Below are positions 28,333 through 36,821 of a stretch of 64,000 nucleotides of DNA, in pieces. The first letter of the stretch is position 1. The number at the start of each line of letters is the position of its first letter. This DNA is from a bacterium. Lineage in GTDB: Bacteria > Bacillota_I > Bacilli_A > RF39 > UBA660. Location of the stretch: the NCBI GenBank assembly GCA_029100545.1, contig JAQXPH010000012.1:2732-66731 (forward strand), written 5' to 3'. Position numbers and translations under genes: made by a program. Under the pieces are notes generated by a model. That model had not been told where the DNA came from, did not search any database, and saw only the letters and a program-made list of their open reading frames with translations.

Positions 28333-30864
28333 ATGGATAATAAAGATGATATATTAGATAATATAGAGGAAATTAATAGTGAAAATGAGTGTAATTTAGT
28401 TTCCGATGATGATTTTAATGGTACTTTTCATGAAAAAGATAAATTAACAGAAAATAATATTGTTAGTGAAGTAAAAACATCATTTATAGATTATTCAATG
28501 AGTGTAATAACATCTCGTGCAATTCCCGATTTAAGAGATGGGTTAAAGCCCGTTCATCGTCGCATTTTATGGTCAATGTATGAGGAAGGTAATACACCTG
28601 ATAAACCTCATAAAAAATCCGCAACTACTGTTGGTTACGTAATGGGACATTATCATCCACATGGTGATTCATCTATATATGATGCAATGGTTCGTTTAGC
28701 ACAAGATTTTAATGAACGTTATATGTTAGTTGATGGTCATGGTAATTTTGGTAACATTGAAGGTGATGGTGCAGCTGCATATCGTTATACTGAAGCAAGA
28801 CTTTCAAAAATATCTCTAGAATTATTAAGGGATATTAATAAAAATACTGTTGATATGACTGATAATTATACTGCAACAGAAAAAGAACCTACAGTTTTAC
28901 CAAGTAGATTTCCTAATATTTTAGTAAATGGTTCAATGGGAATTGCTGTTGGTATGGCGACAAACATCCCACCTCATAATCTTGGAGAAGTAATTGATGG
29001 ATGTATAGCTTATATAGATAATCCAGATATTGATACTCTTGGATTAATGAAATTTATTAAAGGTCCAGATTTTCCAACAGGTGGAATTATTTTAGGTAAT
29101 TCTGGTATAAAAAAAGCATATGAAACTGGTAGAGGTACAATTACTATTCGTAGTAGAGCCGTTATAGAAGAGAATAATGGTCATAATGTTATTATTATTA
29201 CTGAAGTTCCTTATGGTGTTAATACTGCTGAATTAAAAGATAAAGTAGCAGAACTTGTTCATAATAAAATATTAGATGGAATATCTGATTATCATACTGA
29301 TTTAAAAGATGGAATTAAAATTACTATTACATTAAAAAGAGATGCAAATCCACAAGTTGTTTTAAATAATTTATATAAACATACAGCCTTTCAAGTATCA
29401 TATGGAATAATATTTTTAATGTTAGATGGATTAACTCCAAAAACATTATGTTTAAAAGATATTATTTCTAAATATATTGATTTCCAAAGGGAAATTATTA
29501 TTAGAAGAACTAAATTTGATTTAGAAAAAGCACAATCAAGAGTTCATATATTAAATGGTTTAAAAATAGCTTTAGATAATATTGATGAAGTTATTAAAAT
29601 AATTAAATCTTCAAAAACTGATGATATAGCAAAAAAAGAATTGAATTTAAAATTTGGGTTAGATGATATTCAATCTGATGCAATACTTGAAATGAAACTT
29701 AAAAGACTTACTGGTCTTGAAAGAGATAAGATCGAACAAGAATTAATAGAATTATTAAAATTAATTGATGAATTAAATTCAATTTTAGCAAGTAGTGCTA
29801 AAGTTGATGAAATAATAAAACAAGAGTTAATTGAAATAAAAAGCAAATATAGTGATGAAAGAAGAACTTCAATTGATATGTCTGCTATAGATTATATTGA
29901 TGATGAATCTTTAATTCCTGAAGAACAAACAATGATTGTTTTGACTAAAAAAGGATACATAAAAAGAACAAAACCTGATATTTTTAGAACACAAAATCGT
30001 GGTGGAATGGGTGTTAAAGGTATAACAACTAATGAGGAAGATTTTGTTGATCAGGCAATTAGCATTTCCACACACGATCACATATTATTTTTTAGTAACA
30101 AAGGTAAAGTATATAGAATGAAAGGTTATGAAATACCTGAATTTGCTAGAACTTCCAAGGGGTTACCTATAATTAATTTATTACAACTTGAAAAAAATGA
30201 ATATATTACTTCTATAATTTCAATTGACAAAAATACAAAAAAAGAATATTTATTTTTTGCTACAAAAATGGGCATAGTTAAAAAGACAGGTATTAATGAA
30301 TTTGAAAATATTAGAACTTCAGGTAAAATATGCATTAGTTTAAAAGATAATGATGAATTAATTGGTGTTAAACTTACTTCAGAAAATGATCTTATTCTTT
30401 TAGGATCAAGTACTGGAAAACTAGTTAAATTTAATGAAAGCGAAATAAGATCTATGGGTCGAACTGCTTCAGGTGTAAGAGGAATTAACTTAGATGGGGG
30501 AAGTTGTATTTGTCTTGAAGTAGTTAATGAAAATAATACTATTTTAGTTGTAACTGAATTAGGATATGGAAAACAAACTTTAGTTTCAGAATATAGACAA
30601 ACTAAGAGAGGAAGTAAAGGTGTTAAAGCATTAAATGTTACAGAAAAAAATGGTATGCTAGTTTCTGTTAAACTTTCTGATAATAATAAAGATTTAATTT
30701 TAATGACAAATATTGGTACAACCATTAAAATACCTATTAATCAAATTTCTAAATTAGGAAGAAATACACAAGGAACGAGATTAATTAATTTAAAAGAAAA
30801 TCAAAAAGTTTCTACAATAAGTATTGTAGATAAAAATGAAAATATTGATTTAGATGATAATTAA
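28333..30864 (+). CDS. gyrA: DNA gyrase subunit A
   Basis: DGLKPVHRRIL, catalytic Tyr in AAAYRYTEARL, GyrA-box/beta-pinwheel CTD. ~40-aa acidic N-terminal extension. Confidence 0.98.
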   Translation: MDNKDDILDNIEEINSENECNLVSDDDFNGTFHEKDKLTENNIVSEVKTSFIDYSMSVITSRAIPDLRDGLKPVHRRILWSMYEEGNTPDKPHKKSATTVGYVMGHYHPHGDSSIYDAMVRLAQDFNERYMLVDGHGNFGNIEGDGAAAYRYTEARLSKISLELLRDINKNTVDMTDNYTATEKEPTVLPSRFPNILVNGSMGIAVGMATNIPPHNLGEVIDGCIAYIDNPDIDTLGLMKFIKGPDFPTGGIILGNSGIKKAYETGRGTITIRSRAVIEENNGHNVIIITEVPYGVNTAELKDKVAELVHNKILDGISDYHTDLKDGIKITITLKRDANPQVVLNNLYKHTAFQVSYGIIFLMLDGLTPKTLCLKDIISKYIDFQREIIIRRTKFDLEKAQSRVHILNGLKIALDNIDEVIKIIKSSKTDDIAKKELNLKFGLDDIQSDAILEMKLKRLTGLERDKIEQELIELLKLIDELNSILASSAKVDEIIKQELIEIKSKYSDERRTSIDMSAIDYIDDESLIPEEQTMIVLTKKGYIKRTKPDIFRTQNRGGMGVKGITTNEEDFVDQAISISTHDHILFFSNKGKVYRMKGYEIPEFARTSKGLPIINLLQLEKNEYITSIISIDKNTKKEYLFFATKMGIVKKTGINEFENIRTSGKICISLKDNDELIGVKLTSENDLILLGSSTGKLVKFNESEIRSMGRTASGVRGINLDGGSCICLEVVNENNTILVVTELGYGKQTLVSEYRQTKRGSKGVKALNVTEKNGMLVSVKLSDNNKDLILMTNIGTTIKIPINQISKLGRNTQGTRLINLKENQKVSTISIVDKNENIDLDDN

Positions 30865-30870
30865 AGATAA

Positions 30871-30886
30871 TGTTTCACGTGAAACA
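30871..30886. promoter_or_regulatory. parS site 1 (perfect TGTTTCACGTGAAACA), within the 26-bp palindrome 30866-30891
   Basis: 16/16 match to the consensus. GATAATGTTTCACGTGAAACATTATC followed by a T-run also looks like the gyrA terminator. Confidence 0.85.
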
Positions 30887-30948
30887 TTATCTTTTTTTCT
30901 AGTAAATATCTAAAATAATTACGTATTTTATTTTTAATTTATGATGTA

Positions 30949-30964
30949 TGTTTCACGTGAAACA
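30949..30964. promoter_or_regulatory. parS site 2 (perfect)
   Basis: TGTTTCACGTGAAACA. Confidence 0.85.
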
Positions 30965-31024
30965 TTGCCATTTTTTTAGTAAATACCTAATAAAACATAT
31001 ATTTTATTTTTAATTTATGATGTA

Positions 31025-31040
31025 TATTTCATGTGAAACA
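31025..31040. promoter_or_regulatory. parS site 3 (degenerate, 14/16)
   Basis: TATTTCATGTGAAACA, with G2A and C8T relative to the neighbouring copies. Confidence 0.6.
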
Positions 31041-31102
31041 TTGCTTGTTTTTCTTTGTAAATATCTAAAAAAATATATATTTTATTTTTTATTTATGACT
31101 TA

Positions 31103-31118
31103 TGTTTCACGTGAAACA
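31103..31118. promoter_or_regulatory. parS site 4 (perfect)
   Basis: TGTTTCACGTGAAACA. Confidence 0.85.
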
Positions 31119-31181
31119 TTGTTTATTTTTTTAGTAAATATCTAAAAAATCATATATTTTATTTTTTCTAAATATGATGTA

Positions 31182-31197
31182 TGTTTCACGTGAAACA
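31182..31197. promoter_or_regulatory. parS site 5 (perfect)
   Basis: TGTTTCACGTGAAACA. Confidence 0.85.
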
Positions 31198-31265
31198 TTG
31201 AAAATTATTATTTATTATTTTAATTTACATTTTTCTTATAAATAAAATATATTTAAATTAAATTA

Positions 31266-31294
31266 TTGCAAAAAATGAATTATTTTGATATTAT
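31266..31294 (+). promoter_or_regulatory. SigA-type promoter of the SRP RNA
   Basis: TTGCAA (31266-31271), 17-nt spacer, TATTAT (31289-31294). Confidence 0.5.
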
Positions 31295-31300
31295 GTATGA

Positions 31301-31377
31301 GTGCGACAAATATATTGTAAACTGGTCAGATTTGGAAAAAAGCAGCCATATCAATCCCTATTTGTGTGCACTTTTTT
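31301..31377 (+). ncRNA. ffs: Small (4.5S-type, Alu-less) signal recognition particle RNA
   Basis: CUGGUCAGAUUUGGAAAAAAGCAGCC matches the domain IV core (GGUCAG...GGAA tetraloop...AGCAGCC). The ends pair (GUGCGACAAAUA / UAUUUGUGUGCAC) and a U-run follows. Sits next to tadA/dnaX, as scr does in B. subtilis. Confidence 0.7.
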
Positions 31378-31399
31378 AATTTAAAAGGAAAATGTAATT

Positions 31400-31819
31400 A
31401 TGAATGAAAAAATAGTAAAAACTCTTATAAAAGAAAGTATAAAATCTTATAAAAAAAATGAAGTTCCAGTTGGCTGTGTAATAGTAAAAAATAATAAGAT
31501 TATATCAAAAGGTCATAATACGAAAGAAAAAAATAATTGTGCAATATATCATGCTGAAGTAAATGCAATTTTAAAAGCATGCAAAAAGAATAAAGATTGG
31601 AGATTAGATAATTGTACTTTATATGTTAGTTTAGAACCGTGTAATATGTGCAGAGAAATTATTCGTCAATCTAGAATACATCATATTTATTATTTAATTA
31701 AGTCAAATTTTAATAATGAAAATTATAATAATTTAAATATAAAAGAAATAGATGGATACAGTTTAGAAAAAGAAAAATATTTGATAAAATTAAAAAAATT
31801 TTTTGCTAATAAAAGATAG
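31400..31819 (+). CDS. tadA: tRNA-specific adenosine deaminase
   Basis: CMP/dCMP deaminase Zn motifs HAEVNAI and PCNMC. Confidence 0.9.
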   Translation: MNEKIVKTLIKESIKSYKKNEVPVGCVIVKNNKIISKGHNTKEKNNCAIYHAEVNAILKACKKNKDWRLDNCTLYVSLEPCNMCREIIRQSRIHHIYYLIKSNFNNENYNNLNIKEIDGYSLEKEKYLIKLKKFFANKR

Positions 31820-31861
31820 AATAAATAAATAATTATTGATATAATTTAGTTGGGAGGAAAA

Positions 31862-33406
31862 ATGAATTATAAAGTTTTATATAGAAAATATAGACCAAAT
31901 AATTTTGATGAACTTGTTGGACAGGAAACTGTTAAAACTTTATTAAAAGATAGCATTATAAATAATAAAATTTCTCATGCTTATATTTTTTCTGGACCTC
32001 GTGGAACAGGAAAAACAAGTACTGCAAAAATATTTGCTAAAGCAATTAATTGTCAAAATCTTAATAATGGAAATCCATGTGGTATTTGTAGCTCATGTAT
32101 AAATTTTAAAAATAGCAATGATATTTATGAAATAGATGCTGCTTCTAATACCGGAGTTGATCAAATAAGAGAAATTATTGATAATGTAAAATTAACACCA
32201 ATAAATTCTAAATATAAAATATATATAATTGATGAAGTCCATATGTTAAGTACAAGCGCTTTTAATGCATTATTATTAACTTTAGAAGAACCCCCAAGCC
32301 ATGCAATTTTTATTCTTGCAACAACAAATATTGAAGCTGTTCCAATAACAGTATTATCAAGATGTCAAAGACTTGATTTTAAAAAAATTAACACAGAAAA
32401 TATTATTAATCAATTAAAAATAATTGCAAATAATGAAAATATTGATATAGATGAAGATGCAATTAAAGAAATTGCAATATATTCTGAAGGTGGATTACGA
32501 GATGCTTTAAGTATATTAGATCAAATATCAAAATTAAATCAGCATATTTCATATAGTGATGTTTTAAATAATTTAGGCTCTATTTCTACAGATAATATTG
32601 ATAAACTTTTAGATGATATTAATAATAATAATGTATCAGAAATAATTAATTTTATTAGTAATGTTGAATCTTTGTCAATTGATTATAAAACCTTAATTAA
32701 GAAACTTATTAATTTAATAAAAACTAGAGCATTAAATATTAAAAATAATCAAAAAAATGATAGATTATCGTATGATGATTATAAAAAAATGTGTTTTGAA
32801 TTATCTGATACATTATATAAAATAAATGTTAATGTAAATTTATATTCATTATTAGAATTAATATTACTTGATTATGTTATTACAGAAGAAAATTTAAATG
32901 TTGATAAAAAAATATTTGAAGAAAAAAAAGAAGTAAATAATAAAAATAATATAAATAATATAAATAATACATACTATGAAGAACTCGTGAAAATTAGAAT
33001 TAATAATTGTTTTGTAGATGCTTCAAAAAAATATAAAATAGAAAATACTAATAATTGGAGTAATTTTATTAATTTAGTTGAAGATAAAAAAATTAAAGGT
33101 TTAATTGAAGATACTATCGTAGTTCTTTCTTCAAATTCAATAATAGTTTTAACAACAAAACTTGAAAATATGGTTAATGAAATAAATAAAAATATTAATA
33201 TAATTGAAAATAATTTTAATAATATGTATAATACTAATTATGAACTAATTGCTACAAGTAATGAAAATTGGGAAAATAAAATGAATGAATATAAAATTAA
33301 TTTATCAAAAAAAATTAGTTATAGTTATATGAAAGAACCAGTATTGAGTAGTAATTATGATGATATTAGTGATATTTTTGATATTGCTAAAATTGAGGAA
33401 AAATAA
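31862..33406 (+). CDS. dnaX: DNA polymerase III subunits gamma/tau
   Basis: YRKYRP, GPRGTGKTS, DEVHMLS, SRCQRLDF. Start moved to ATG 31862 behind GGGAGG. Confidence 0.95.
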   Translation: MNYKVLYRKYRPNNFDELVGQETVKTLLKDSIINNKISHAYIFSGPRGTGKTSTAKIFAKAINCQNLNNGNPCGICSSCINFKNSNDIYEIDAASNTGVDQIREIIDNVKLTPINSKYKIYIIDEVHMLSTSAFNALLLTLEEPPSHAIFILATTNIEAVPITVLSRCQRLDFKKINTENIINQLKIIANNENIDIDEDAIKEIAIYSEGGLRDALSILDQISKLNQHISYSDVLNNLGSISTDNIDKLLDDINNNNVSEIINFISNVESLSIDYKTLIKKLINLIKTRALNIKNNQKNDRLSYDDYKKMCFELSDTLYKINVNVNLYSLLELILLDYVITEENLNVDKKIFEEKKEVNNKNNINNINNTYYEELVKIRINNCFVDASKKYKIENTNNWSNFINLVEDKKIKGLIEDTIVVLSSNSIIVLTTKLENMVNEINKNINIIENNFNNMYNTNYELIATSNENWENKMNEYKINLSKKISYSYMKEPVLSSNYDDISDIFDIAKIEEK

Positions 33407-33419
33407 AGGAGGAAAAATT

Positions 33420-33716
33420 ATGAATATGCAACAAATAATGGCTCAAGCACAAAAAATGCAAAAAGACATTATGGCTAAAAAAAATGAAATTGATTCATTA
33501 GATTTTGTTGGTAAATCAAATTGGATTGAAATTACATTTAAAGGAAGTAAAGAGGTTTCAAAAGTTAATATTATAAATGATGAAGCATTAAAAATTGAAA
33601 ATAAAGAAATATTATGTGATATGATTTTCTTAGCTATTAAGGATGCAATGGAACAAATCGATAATAAAACTGAAGAAAAACTAGGATCATACTCTAAAAT
33701 GAATGGACTTTTCTAA
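33420..33716 (+). CDS. ybaB: Nucleoid-associated protein YbaB/EbfC
   Basis: MNMQQIMAQAQKMQKDI... in the dnaX-ybaB-recR order. Start moved to ATG 33420 behind AAGGAGGA. Confidence 0.9.
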   Translation: MNMQQIMAQAQKMQKDIMAKKNEIDSLDFVGKSNWIEITFKGSKEVSKVNIINDEALKIENKEILCDMIFLAIKDAMEQIDNKTEEKLGSYSKMNGLF

Positions 33717-33717
33717 G

Positions 33718-34317
33718 ATGATTTACCCTAAAGTTTTAGAAGAATTGATAAATAATTTTAAAAAGTATCCTACTATTGGTGAAAAATCCGCAGAAAGACT
33801 TGCTTTAGCAACATTAGATTTAACTGATGAAGAAGTTTTTAATTTTTCTCAATCTATTTTAAATGCGAAAAAATGTTTGTGTCCATGCAAAATTTGTAAT
33901 AGTTTAACAGATAAAGATATTTGTGATATTTGTAGTGATGAAAATAGAGATCATAATATTATTTGCGTTGTTGAAGACTATAGAAGTCTTTTATCATTTG
34001 AAAAAGCTGGTAACTTCAAAGGTGTTTATCATATTTTAAATGGATTAATTTCTCCAATTGATGATATTTCTCCAGAAGATATTAATATTTCTTCATTAGT
34101 AAAAAGAGTTGATAACTTAGATAATCCAGAATTAATATTAGCTTTAAAATCATCTATTGAAGGGCAAACTACAACATTATATATAAAAAAGATATTTGAA
34201 AATAAAAATGTATCAATTTCGCGATTATCATATGGTATTCCTATGGGAGCTGAGATAGATTATCTTGACGTATTAACACTAGATAAAGCATTAGATGATC
34301 GCAAAAAAATATCATAA
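33718..34317 (+). CDS. recR: Recombination protein RecR
   Basis: MIYPKVLEELINNFKKYPTIGEKSAERLA aligns with RecR N-termini. C4 zinc finger CPCKICNSLTDKDICDIC and a Toprim domain. The ORF-track start at 33703 is an alternative. Confidence 0.95.
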   Translation: MIYPKVLEELINNFKKYPTIGEKSAERLALATLDLTDEEVFNFSQSILNAKKCLCPCKICNSLTDKDICDICSDENRDHNIICVVEDYRSLLSFEKAGNFKGVYHILNGLISPIDDISPEDINISSLVKRVDNLDNPELILALKSSIEGQTTTLYIKKIFENKNVSISRLSYGIPMGAEIDYLDVLTLDKALDDRKKIS

Positions 34318-34353
34318 ATTAAATTGTTTATCATAAATATTAATGAGGACAAT

Positions 34354-34545
34354 ATGATAAAAAAAATATTTAACATAGTAAAAAAAATAGTTTTTGCTTT
34401 TTTAATACTTTATGGGCTTAATTTAACATTAAATTCTACATCATTAAATATTATCATTCCCATTAATATTATAACTATTTTATTAGTTTCTTTTCTTGGT
34501 TTTCCAGGTTTATGTGCCATAATAATATTATTTTTAATAATTTAA
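34354..34545 (+). CDS. bofA: Pro-sigma-K processing inhibitor BofA-like small membrane protein
   Basis: 63 aa, two TM segments, FLGFPGL motif. Post-recR position as in B. subtilis. Start at ATG 34354 behind GAGGA. Confidence 0.55.
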   Translation: MIKKIFNIVKKIVFAFLILYGLNLTLNSTSLNIIIPINIITILLVSFLGFPGLCAIIILFLII

Positions 34546-34554
34546 GGAGAAAAT

Positions 34555-35349
34555 ATGCAGTTGAATAGTACGTTTGAAGACTTATTAAAATTATATAATG
34601 AGAATAGATTTTCTCATTGTTATTTATTTGAAACAAATAATATAGAAATGTGTTTCAATAGTTTAAAAAATTTTATAAAGATTATTTGTAATGATGTGCC
34701 TAATATTAATGAACTTATTGATAAAAATTGTTATCCAAGCTTAAAAATAATAGAACCAACAAATGGTACAATAAAAAAAGATGAAATTGATAATTTAAAG
34801 CAGTCTTTTGCTTTATCTTCAATTTATTCATCTAATAAAATATATATTATAAAAAATCCTGAATTAATGAATTCATCAGCATATAATAAGTTACTTAAAT
34901 TTTTAGAAGAACCAGAAGATAATATTATAGGATTTTTTATTACTAATTCAAAGGAAAATATAGCTCCCACTATAATAAGTAGATGCGAAATAATTAGAGA
35001 TATATATAGTGAAGATTTAGATAAAAATTTGCTAAATAATTTAGATTATGAAAAATATATAAATAATGCAAAAAAATATATTGAGATATTAGAACTAGAT
35101 TATAATAATATTTTTATGTATAATTATAATGTAATTTTAAAGGAGTTTAATGAAAAAAAACAAATCATTTGCTTTTTAAAAGTATTATATGAATTATATG
35201 AAAGCGATTTTAATTTAGATAAAAAATTTAAGAATATTCAAAAAAAATTAAAAATATTATTAAAATATTTATATCAAATTCAATATAATGTAAATTTAAA
35301 TTTAATGCTTGATTCAATGGCTATAGAAATAGGAGAAATTAATGAATAG
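34555..35349 (+). CDS. holB: DNA polymerase III delta' subunit (short)
   Basis: Clamp-loader fold with SRC motif (TIISRCEII) and LLKFLEEP. holB-ricT order. Confidence 0.75.
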   Translation: MQLNSTFEDLLKLYNENRFSHCYLFETNNIEMCFNSLKNFIKIICNDVPNINELIDKNCYPSLKIIEPTNGTIKKDEIDNLKQSFALSSIYSSNKIYIIKNPELMNSSAYNKLLKFLEEPEDNIIGFFITNSKENIAPTIISRCEIIRDIYSEDLDKNLLNNLDYEKYINNAKKYIEILELDYNNIFMYNYNVILKEFNEKKQIICFLKVLYELYESDFNLDKKFKNIQKKLKILLKYLYQIQYNVNLNLMLDSMAIEIGEINE

Positions 35350-36127
35350 TTATGCAGTTTCTTATAAAGATAGTAATAAAAGTTATTTTTTTAAATCATC
35401 AGAAAAATATGAAATTAATGATGAAGTAATAGTTGATACTGATAAAGGTTTACAATATGGTAAAATTGTAAAATTAGTTGAAGTAGAAAATTTAGATAAT
35501 TTAAAAATTATATTAAGAAAAGCTACAAAAGAAGATACAGATTCTTTTTATACAAATTTAAAAGATGCAGATATTGCATTAAAAAATGCTAGAAATATTG
35601 TAAATGATTTAAAATTAGATATGCATATTATTAATGCAAGTTATAATTTAGAAAGAACACAACTATTATTTAATTTTTATGCTGATGAAAGAATTGATTT
35701 TAGAAATCTTGCTAAAAAATTAGCAAGTATATATAGAACTAGAATAGAACTTAGACAAATAGGTGCAAGAGATAAGGCTAAACAGGTTTCTGGTATAGGT
35801 ATATGTGGTGAGCAATTATGTTGCTCAAGATTTTTGAAACAATTTGACTCGATAACTATGAATATGGCAAAAAACCAAAATATAGCATTAAATCCAAATA
35901 AAATTAATGGTTCTTGTGGAAGACTATTATGTTGTTTAAATTATGAAGATGAAGAATATACTACATGTAGTAAAAATTTATTATCTATTGGCACTATTAT
36001 TAAGTATAATGGAGAAGATGCTACTATTATTGGTGTTGATATTTTAAATAGAAAATATAAAATATTATGTGGTGATCAAAAGATTTTAATTGATTCTAAG
36101 CAGGTAGAAAATGATAGTGAAAAATGA
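35342..36127 (+). CDS. ricT: PSP1-domain regulator RicT (YaaT)
   Basis: PSP1 C-terminal domain with Cys clusters: CGEQLCCSRF and CGRLLCCLNYE. Confidence 0.85.
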   Translation: MNSYAVSYKDSNKSYFFKSSEKYEINDEVIVDTDKGLQYGKIVKLVEVENLDNLKIILRKATKEDTDSFYTNLKDADIALKNARNIVNDLKLDMHIINASYNLERTQLLFNFYADERIDFRNLAKKLASIYRTRIELRQIGARDKAKQVSGIGICGEQLCCSRFLKQFDSITMNMAKNQNIALNPNKINGSCGRLLCCLNYEDEEYTTCSKNLLSIGTIIKYNGEDATIIGVDILNRKYKILCGDQKILIDSKQVENDSEK

Positions 36128-36821
36128 TTTATTTGATTATCAGAATAGATATATATATCAAGATTCTGATTTTTTTAAATTTTCTGTTGATTCAATTTTA
36201 CTTTCAGAATTTGTAAATAAATATCCACTTAATGGAAAAATTTTAGATATTTGTACTGGTAATGCAGTAATTCCTTTAATATTATCTAAATATACATCAA
36301 ATACTATTTATTGCTTTGAAATTCAAGAGTCAGTTGCAAAATTAGCTGAATTATCAATTAAAGAAAATAAACTATCTAATCAAATTAAATTAATAAATGA
36401 TGATATTAAAAATATAGGAAAATACTATCAAAAAAATTATTTTAATATTATTACATGTAATCCTCCTTATTTTGAATATAATGGCAATATGGTTAATAAT
36501 TCTAAAGAGAAAATGATTGCAAGACATGAAGTTACATTAAATTTAGAACAAATTTTTGAAATAGCTTCAAATTATCTTGAAAATAATGGTATTATGTATA
36601 TAATAAATAGGTCTGAAAGATTAGATGAATTAATTAATTTAGGGTTTAAATACAAAATTGGTGTTAAAGAAATTCAATTAATAAAAACAAAGGAAAATGG
36701 TAATCCTACTTTAGTTATTGTAAAATGCATTAAAAATTGCAAAAAACATGTTAAAATCAATGATATTAAATGTATTCAAAATTTTTGTTCATATCAAAAT
36801 ATTTTTAAGGAGGAAAAATGA
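36111..36821 (+). CDS. tRNA (adenine-N6)-methyltransferase, YabB/TrmN6-like
   Basis: SAM motif LDICTGNA and CNPPYF. Position equivalent to B. subtilis yabB. Confidence 0.7.
   Translation: MIVKNDLFDYQNRYIYQDSDFFKFSVDSILLSEFVNKYPLNGKILDICTGNAVIPLILSKYTSNTIYCFEIQESVAKLAELSIKENKLSNQIKLINDDIKNIGKYYQKNYFNIITCNPPYFEYNGNMVNNSKEKMIARHEVTLNLEQIFEIASNYLENNGIMYIINRSERLDELINLGFKYKIGVKEIQLIKTKENGNPTLVIVKCIKNCKKHVKINDIKCIQNFCSYQNIFKEEK

Larger units (their letters stand above)
30866..31198. repeat. Tandem array of ~78-bp units, each carrying a parS (ParB-binding) palindrome; 5 sites
   Basis: The 18-bp palindrome ATGTTTCACGTGAAACAT recurs with a 78/76/78/79-bp period, and the inter-site sequence is also conserved. 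The core equals the parS consensus TGTTNCACGTGAAACA. Confidence 0.9.

Noticed and set aside
30126-30725. 199-aa antisense ORF inside gyrA; likewise 27416-27883 and 27998-28297 inside gyrB
   Set aside because: These are shadow ORFs on the opposite strand of strongly supported, purine-rich, codon-biased genes. The translations are low-complexity (S/L/F/P-rich) with no RBS or motifs.
30866-31198. A regularly spaced palindromic repeat array that could be read as a small CRISPR array
   Set aside because: The spacers between palindromes are themselves conserved copies of one another, so this is tandem duplication. The period (~78 bp) and the 18-bp repeat do not fit CRISPR. No cas genes are present, and the repeat core is an exact parS consensus.
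30941-31230. Tandem micro-ORFs starting ATGATGTATGTTTCACGTGAAACATTG (MMYVSRETL...) in each repeat unit
   Set aside because: There is no Shine-Dalgarno upstream of any copy. The reading frames end at different points in each unit. The conservation is explained by the parS palindrome itself.
30865-31400. Expectation of an rRNA operon or tRNA genes after gyrA (as in B. subtilis rrnO)
   Set aside because: The 535-bp gap is fully accounted for by the parS repeats, AT-rich DNA and a ~77-nt SRP RNA. No 16S/23S/5S or tRNA cloverleaf-like sequence was seen anywhere in the window.
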